NCBI GenBank assembly: GCA_963734545.1
Contig: CAVTHO010000009.1
Coordinates: forward strand, 192,001-256,000
Direction of reading: 5' to 3'
From: an uncultured Spirochaetota bacterium
GTDB lineage: Bacteria > Spirochaetota > Spirochaetia > SZUA-6 > Fen-1364
Length of the DNA stretch: 64,000 nt
Positions 60,562 through 64,000 of this stretch are shown here, in pieces (position 1 is the first letter of the stretch; the number at the start of each line of letters is the position of its first letter). Under the pieces are notes generated by a model that saw nothing but the letters and a program-made list of their open reading frames with translations, was not told the DNA's origin and ran no database searches. Both the position numbers and the translations under genes were made by a program.

Positions 60562-60592
60562 AAAAAAGGCTGTCCAGAGGGACAGCCTTTTT
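60562..60592. terminator. Bidirectional intrinsic terminator
   Basis: AAAAAAGGCTGTCC-AGAG-GGACAGCCTTTTT between convergent genes. Confidence 0.88.
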
Positions 60593-60609
60593 CTTGCACA
60601 GTGTGGGTG

Positions 60610-61704
60610 CTAGAATATCGACTTCTCGGTCTCGATGTCGAAGAAATGGATCTTGCTCAGGTCAGGGTGCAGGTTGGCGGTGTCCCCGATGTGGAAGGTG
60701 AATCGCGGTGCGACCTTTGCGACAAGCTGGTTCGCCTTGGTGCTGACCCAGAGGTGGATCTCGGAACCGAGCGGCTCGATGACCTCCACCTTTGACGGAA
60801 TATTATTCACCCTTTCCGGCGCTTCCGTGTAGAGCAGATCTTCGGGTCTCACGCCGAAGATGGCATCCTTCCCGGCGTAGTTGCGCAGGGTCTCCGACTG
60901 CTGCGGGGTGAGCTCCATCTTGAAGGAGCCTTCATCCGCTATCAGCTTGCCGTTTTCCATCTTCAGGCTGACCTTCATGAAGTTCATCGGAGGGGACCCG
61001 ATGAATCCGGCCACGAACCTGTTCACCGGCGTGTTGTACAGACCCAGCGGCGTGCCGATCTGCTGAATGAGCCCGTCCTTGAGCACCACGATCCTGTCCC
61101 CCATGGTCATTGCCTCGATCTGGTCATGGGTGACATAGATCATCGTTGCCTGGAGCCTGTGGTGCAGCGCGGAAAGCTCGGCCCTCATCTGGACCCTCAG
61201 CTTCGCGTCCAGGTTGGAGAGCGGCTCGTCGAAGAGGAATACCTTGGGCTTGCGCACGATGGCGCGTCCCACCGCGACGCGCTGCCTCTGTCCGCCGGAG
61301 AGCGCCTTGGGCTTCCGGTCGAGCAGCTCCTCGATGTCCAGGATCTGCGCGGCTTCGTGCACGCGCGCGTTGATTTCCGCCTTTGGATACTTGCGGATCT
61401 TCAAGCCGAACGCCATGTTGTCATAGACCGTCATGTGGGGATACAGGGCGTAGTTCTGGAACACCATGGCGATGTCCCGGTCCTTCGGCGCTACGTCGTT
61501 CATGAGCTTTCCGTCGATGTAAAGCTCACCGGTCGAGATTTCCTCGAGCCCCGCGACCATCCTGAGGGTGGTGGTCTTCCCGCAACCCGACGGACCAACC
61601 AGGACGACGAATTCCTTGTCATTAATCGTCAGGTTTGCGTTGTCGACGGCCTTGACGCCGCCTTCATAGATCTTGGTGATGTTTCGCAATTCTACTGTCG
61701 CCAT
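60610..61704 (-). CDS. ugpC: Stand-alone sugar ABC ATPase (MsmX/UgpC/MalK type)
   Basis: GPSGCGKTT, VFQNYALYPHM, LSGGQRQR, DEPLSNLDAKLR, YVTHDQ, GSPPMN; promoter TTGACA-N17-TATTCT (61740-61768). Confidence 0.9.
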   Translation of the reverse strand: MATVELRNITKIYEGGVKAVDNANLTINDKEFVVLVGPSGCGKTTTLRMVAGLEEISTGELYIDGKLMNDVAPKDRDIAMVFQNYALYPHMTVYDNMAFGLKIRKYPKAEINARVHEAAQILDIEELLDRKPKALSGGQRQRVAVGRAIVRKPKVFLFDEPLSNLDAKLRVQMRAELSALHHRLQATMIYVTHDQIEAMTMGDRIVVLKDGLIQQIGTPLGLYNTPVNRFVAGFIGSPPMNFMKVSLKMENGKLIADEGSFKMELTPQQSETLRNYAGKDAIFGVRPEDLLYTEAPERVNNIPSKVEVIEPLGSEIHLWVSTKANQLVAKVAPRFTFHIGDTANLHPDLSKIHFFDIETEKSIF

Positions 61705-61808
61705 TGGCAACCTCCCGCGTGGATTATTCTATGGATACCAGAATAGAATAGAACCCGGGAGATGTCAATTGAAATCTGGGAAACCAGGGGTTCTTTGGGC
61801 CTCGCGCC

Positions 61809-63059
61809 TCATTTCTTCTCGGCTTTTTGCCACTCATCGAGCGTTTTGTCGAGCGGCTGGGTCACCTGTCCCGAGGCTGTCTGGGCAATCCACGGCACGA
61901 TGACGCTGTCGCGGACCTTTACCCAGTTGTCCGGCAGGAGTCCGGGGAAGCTGAGGATGCTGTCCAGGGGAATGTGCCCGAGAAGAATGGGGTATTTCTG
62001 GGGAAGATCTCTCTCATTGATAGTTTTCAGAGCGGAAAATCCGTCGGTAACTCCAAAAACACCGATTCTCTTGGATTGATTCACGTTCAGGAGAGTCTGT
62101 TGGACCGCAGGGCTGCAAAACCATTGCAGGAAGGCTCTTGCCTCCCCCTTGTTGCGGGACGAGCGCAGAACCCCGGCAAAGAGCACGTCGTCCATGACCG
62201 GGATGACATTGTCCTGGGAAAGCCATCTGAAATCGAAGTCATGCCTCTTCTCGACGGGAAGGGCAAAAAAGTCCGTGAACGAAGCGAGCGCGAACAGCGT
62301 CTTTCCCGAGGAAAGCAGCTTGTACCAGGGCTGCACGCGGTTACGGCTGGAGAAGGCGGCGTCCGCGGCCGCTCCTCCATTGACCTGGTTCAGCCACATG
62401 CGGATGAAATCCGTGGTCTTGCTCAAGCCGCTTTCATCGTACGCCGGCAGCTCGTTCCTCCCGGGCCGGAAACGGGCTCCGAACAGCAGCGCCGACGCCG
62501 TGAGGAAATCCGCATTCCAGTCTCCCAGGGGCGAAAAACCCATGGCGATGGGGAGTCCGGTCTTGCTCGTTTTGTTGAAGGCCCTGCTCATTGTCTGCAG
62601 GTCATCCAGCGGCATGAACATCTTGTTCGGGAGATCCGCGGAGGTGCGCACATAGACGATGGCGGGGAGCGTGAAGGAAATCGGGACGAGGAACGGCCGA
62701 TTGTCCCGTGATCCCATGGACAACAGCCCCGGGTAGAACCAGGCCGGATCCATCTTCCCCGGCTTCACGATGTCTCCCAGCGTGTCCAGCCGGTCCATGA
62801 CGGCGGGTGTAGCCAGCCACTGCCCGACAACGGCGTCCCCCGGCACGCCATCCATCACGGCCTGGGAGGGCGTATCCTGGTAGGATATTTCCACTTTGAC
62901 GTCGGATTGGATGGCGTTGAAGCGATCCACGTACGCGGCCATCTCCGCCCGGTTCGTGATAAGCTGGACGACCGGCTGCATGCCGAAGCCGCACCCGGTC
63001 AGTGCCGCCGCGGCAGACGCGATCATCAGACATGCGAGCGGTCGGATCGGTCTTCTCAT
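61809..63059 (-). CDS. Extracellular solute-binding lipoprotein (family 1-like)
   Basis: Lipobox LTGC, VPISFTLPAIVY, ARAFLQWF..PAVQ; ATG 63059 follows TTGACA-N17-TACAGT. Confidence 0.72.
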   Translation of the reverse strand: MRRPIRPLACLMIASAAAALTGCGFGMQPVVQLITNRAEMAAYVDRFNAIQSDVKVEISYQDTPSQAVMDGVPGDAVVGQWLATPAVMDRLDTLGDIVKPGKMDPAWFYPGLLSMGSRDNRPFLVPISFTLPAIVYVRTSADLPNKMFMPLDDLQTMSRAFNKTSKTGLPIAMGFSPLGDWNADFLTASALLFGARFRPGRNELPAYDESGLSKTTDFIRMWLNQVNGGAAADAAFSSRNRVQPWYKLLSSGKTLFALASFTDFFALPVEKRHDFDFRWLSQDNVIPVMDDVLFAGVLRSSRNKGEARAFLQWFCSPAVQQTLLNVNQSKRIGVFGVTDGFSALKTINERDLPQKYPILLGHIPLDSILSFPGLLPDNWVKVRDSVIVPWIAQTASGQVTQPLDKTLDEWQKAEKK

Positions 63060-63127
63060 CCTGAGCACTGTAGGGGGGGGCATTCTTGTTGTCAACACGG
63101 GGGGTCTGCTACGATGACAGCAGAAAC

Positions 63128-64000
63128 ATGATGAGCGAGCCGCCCTACCTTACTTATTCCCGCTACCTGAGGGAGCGCCACGGCTGCACCGTCTATCGCG
63201 TGGCGGTGGATGCCGGCTTTTCCTGCCCCAACCGCGCGGATGGAAGGTCCGGCCGCGGATGCACGTATTGCGCGGAGGACGGCGCCCGGGCCCCGTACCT
63301 CGGGAACCGGGAGAGCCTGAAGAACCAGGTGGAGAGCGCCATGTCGTTTCTCCGCGCGCGATACAGCGCGGAGGCATTCATCCTTTTCTTTCAAGCCTTC
63401 TCCAACACGAACGCGGAAGTCGGCGCCCTTCGGCGGATCTATGACAGTGGACTGGAGCTCGCTCCGTTTCGTGGCCTGAACGTCGCGACAAGGCCTGACT
63501 GCATCGACGAGGACAAGGCGGCGCTTCTGGCCTCCTACAAGGAGCGCGGCCTGGAGGTGTGGGTGGAGCTGGGGCTTCAGTCGGCGTGCGAATCGACGCT
63601 GCGCCGCATCGAAAGGGGACACAGCCGCGAGGATTTCATGCGTGCGTACGGGCTGCTGAAGGAAAGGGGCCTGAAGGTGGCGGTGCATCTCATCTTCGGG
63701 CTGCCGGGGGAAGGATTCGCGCCCATCATGGATACGATCGACACGGTGGCGCAGCTGGAGCCGGACGGCGTCAAGATCCACAACCTCCATGTCCCCGCGG
63801 GCACCGTTCTCGCCGCCGAGCTCGCGAAGGGAGAGCTGACGGTCCCCTCCCCGCAGCGGCACCTCGAGTACGTCATTGCCGCGATCGAGCGGCTCCCCGC
63901 CCGCACCGTCATCATGCGTCTCACCTGCGACACGCCGGCAGAAAGGTTGATCGCGCCCAGAGATTTCTGGACCAAGGGAACGTTCACCGCCCGGGTGGCC
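63128..64000 (+). CDS. TIGR01212/YhcC-family radical SAM protein (runs off the window end)
   Basis: Read manually: MMSEPPYLTYSRYLRERHG...DAGFSCPNRADGRSGRGCTYC, FQAFSNT, ATRPDC, VELGLQS, HLIFGLPGE, GVKIHNLH. Confidence 0.9.
   Translation, partial: MMSEPPYLTYSRYLRERHGCTVYRVAVDAGFSCPNRADGRSGRGCTYCAEDGARAPYLGNRESLKNQVESAMSFLRARYSAEAFILFFQAFSNTNAEVGALRRIYDSGLELAPFRGLNVATRPDCIDEDKAALLASYKERGLEVWVELGLQSACESTLRRIERGHSREDFMRAYGLLKERGLKVAVHLIFGLPGEGFAPIMDTIDTVAQLEPDGVKIHNLHVPAGTVLAAELAKGELTVPSPQRHLEYVIAAIERLPARTVIMRLTCDTPAERLIAPRDFWTKGTFTARVA

Overview
GC-rich (roughly 65% by eye) bacterial chromosomal window, most likely from a free-living spirochaete. This is inferred from the fliS-flgN-polA-coaE-SPOR gene order, Treponema-like hypothetical proteins and an 'AGGQKE'-type solute-binding-protein N-terminus. 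About 50 mostly housekeeping or metabolic genes are present: hisB, a P-type ATPase under a yybP-ykoY riboswitch, two-component systems, two sugar ABC systems with GH27 and GH38-like hydrolases, an AAA ATPase, a STAND-like NTPase, dinB, cysE-bshA, polA, prs, aroDE, glgP, a phosphomannomutase and a radical SAM protein. About 17 frameshifts, nearly all +1, look like long-read errors. I see no phage, IS transposase, CRISPR, rRNA or tRNA. The most interesting signals are non-coding. (1) A dispersed, structurally covarying repeat family presents CsrA/RsmA-type ANGGAN hexaloops, with an 8-motif CsrB-like cluster ahead of a terminator at 60293-60592. (2) A second REP-like G-TANN-C hairpin family forms tandem arrays, serves as a terminator and has inserted in-frame into a histidine kinase. 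(3) At least 11 genes appear to be transcribed leaderless. All calls come from reading the sequence; no database searches were run.
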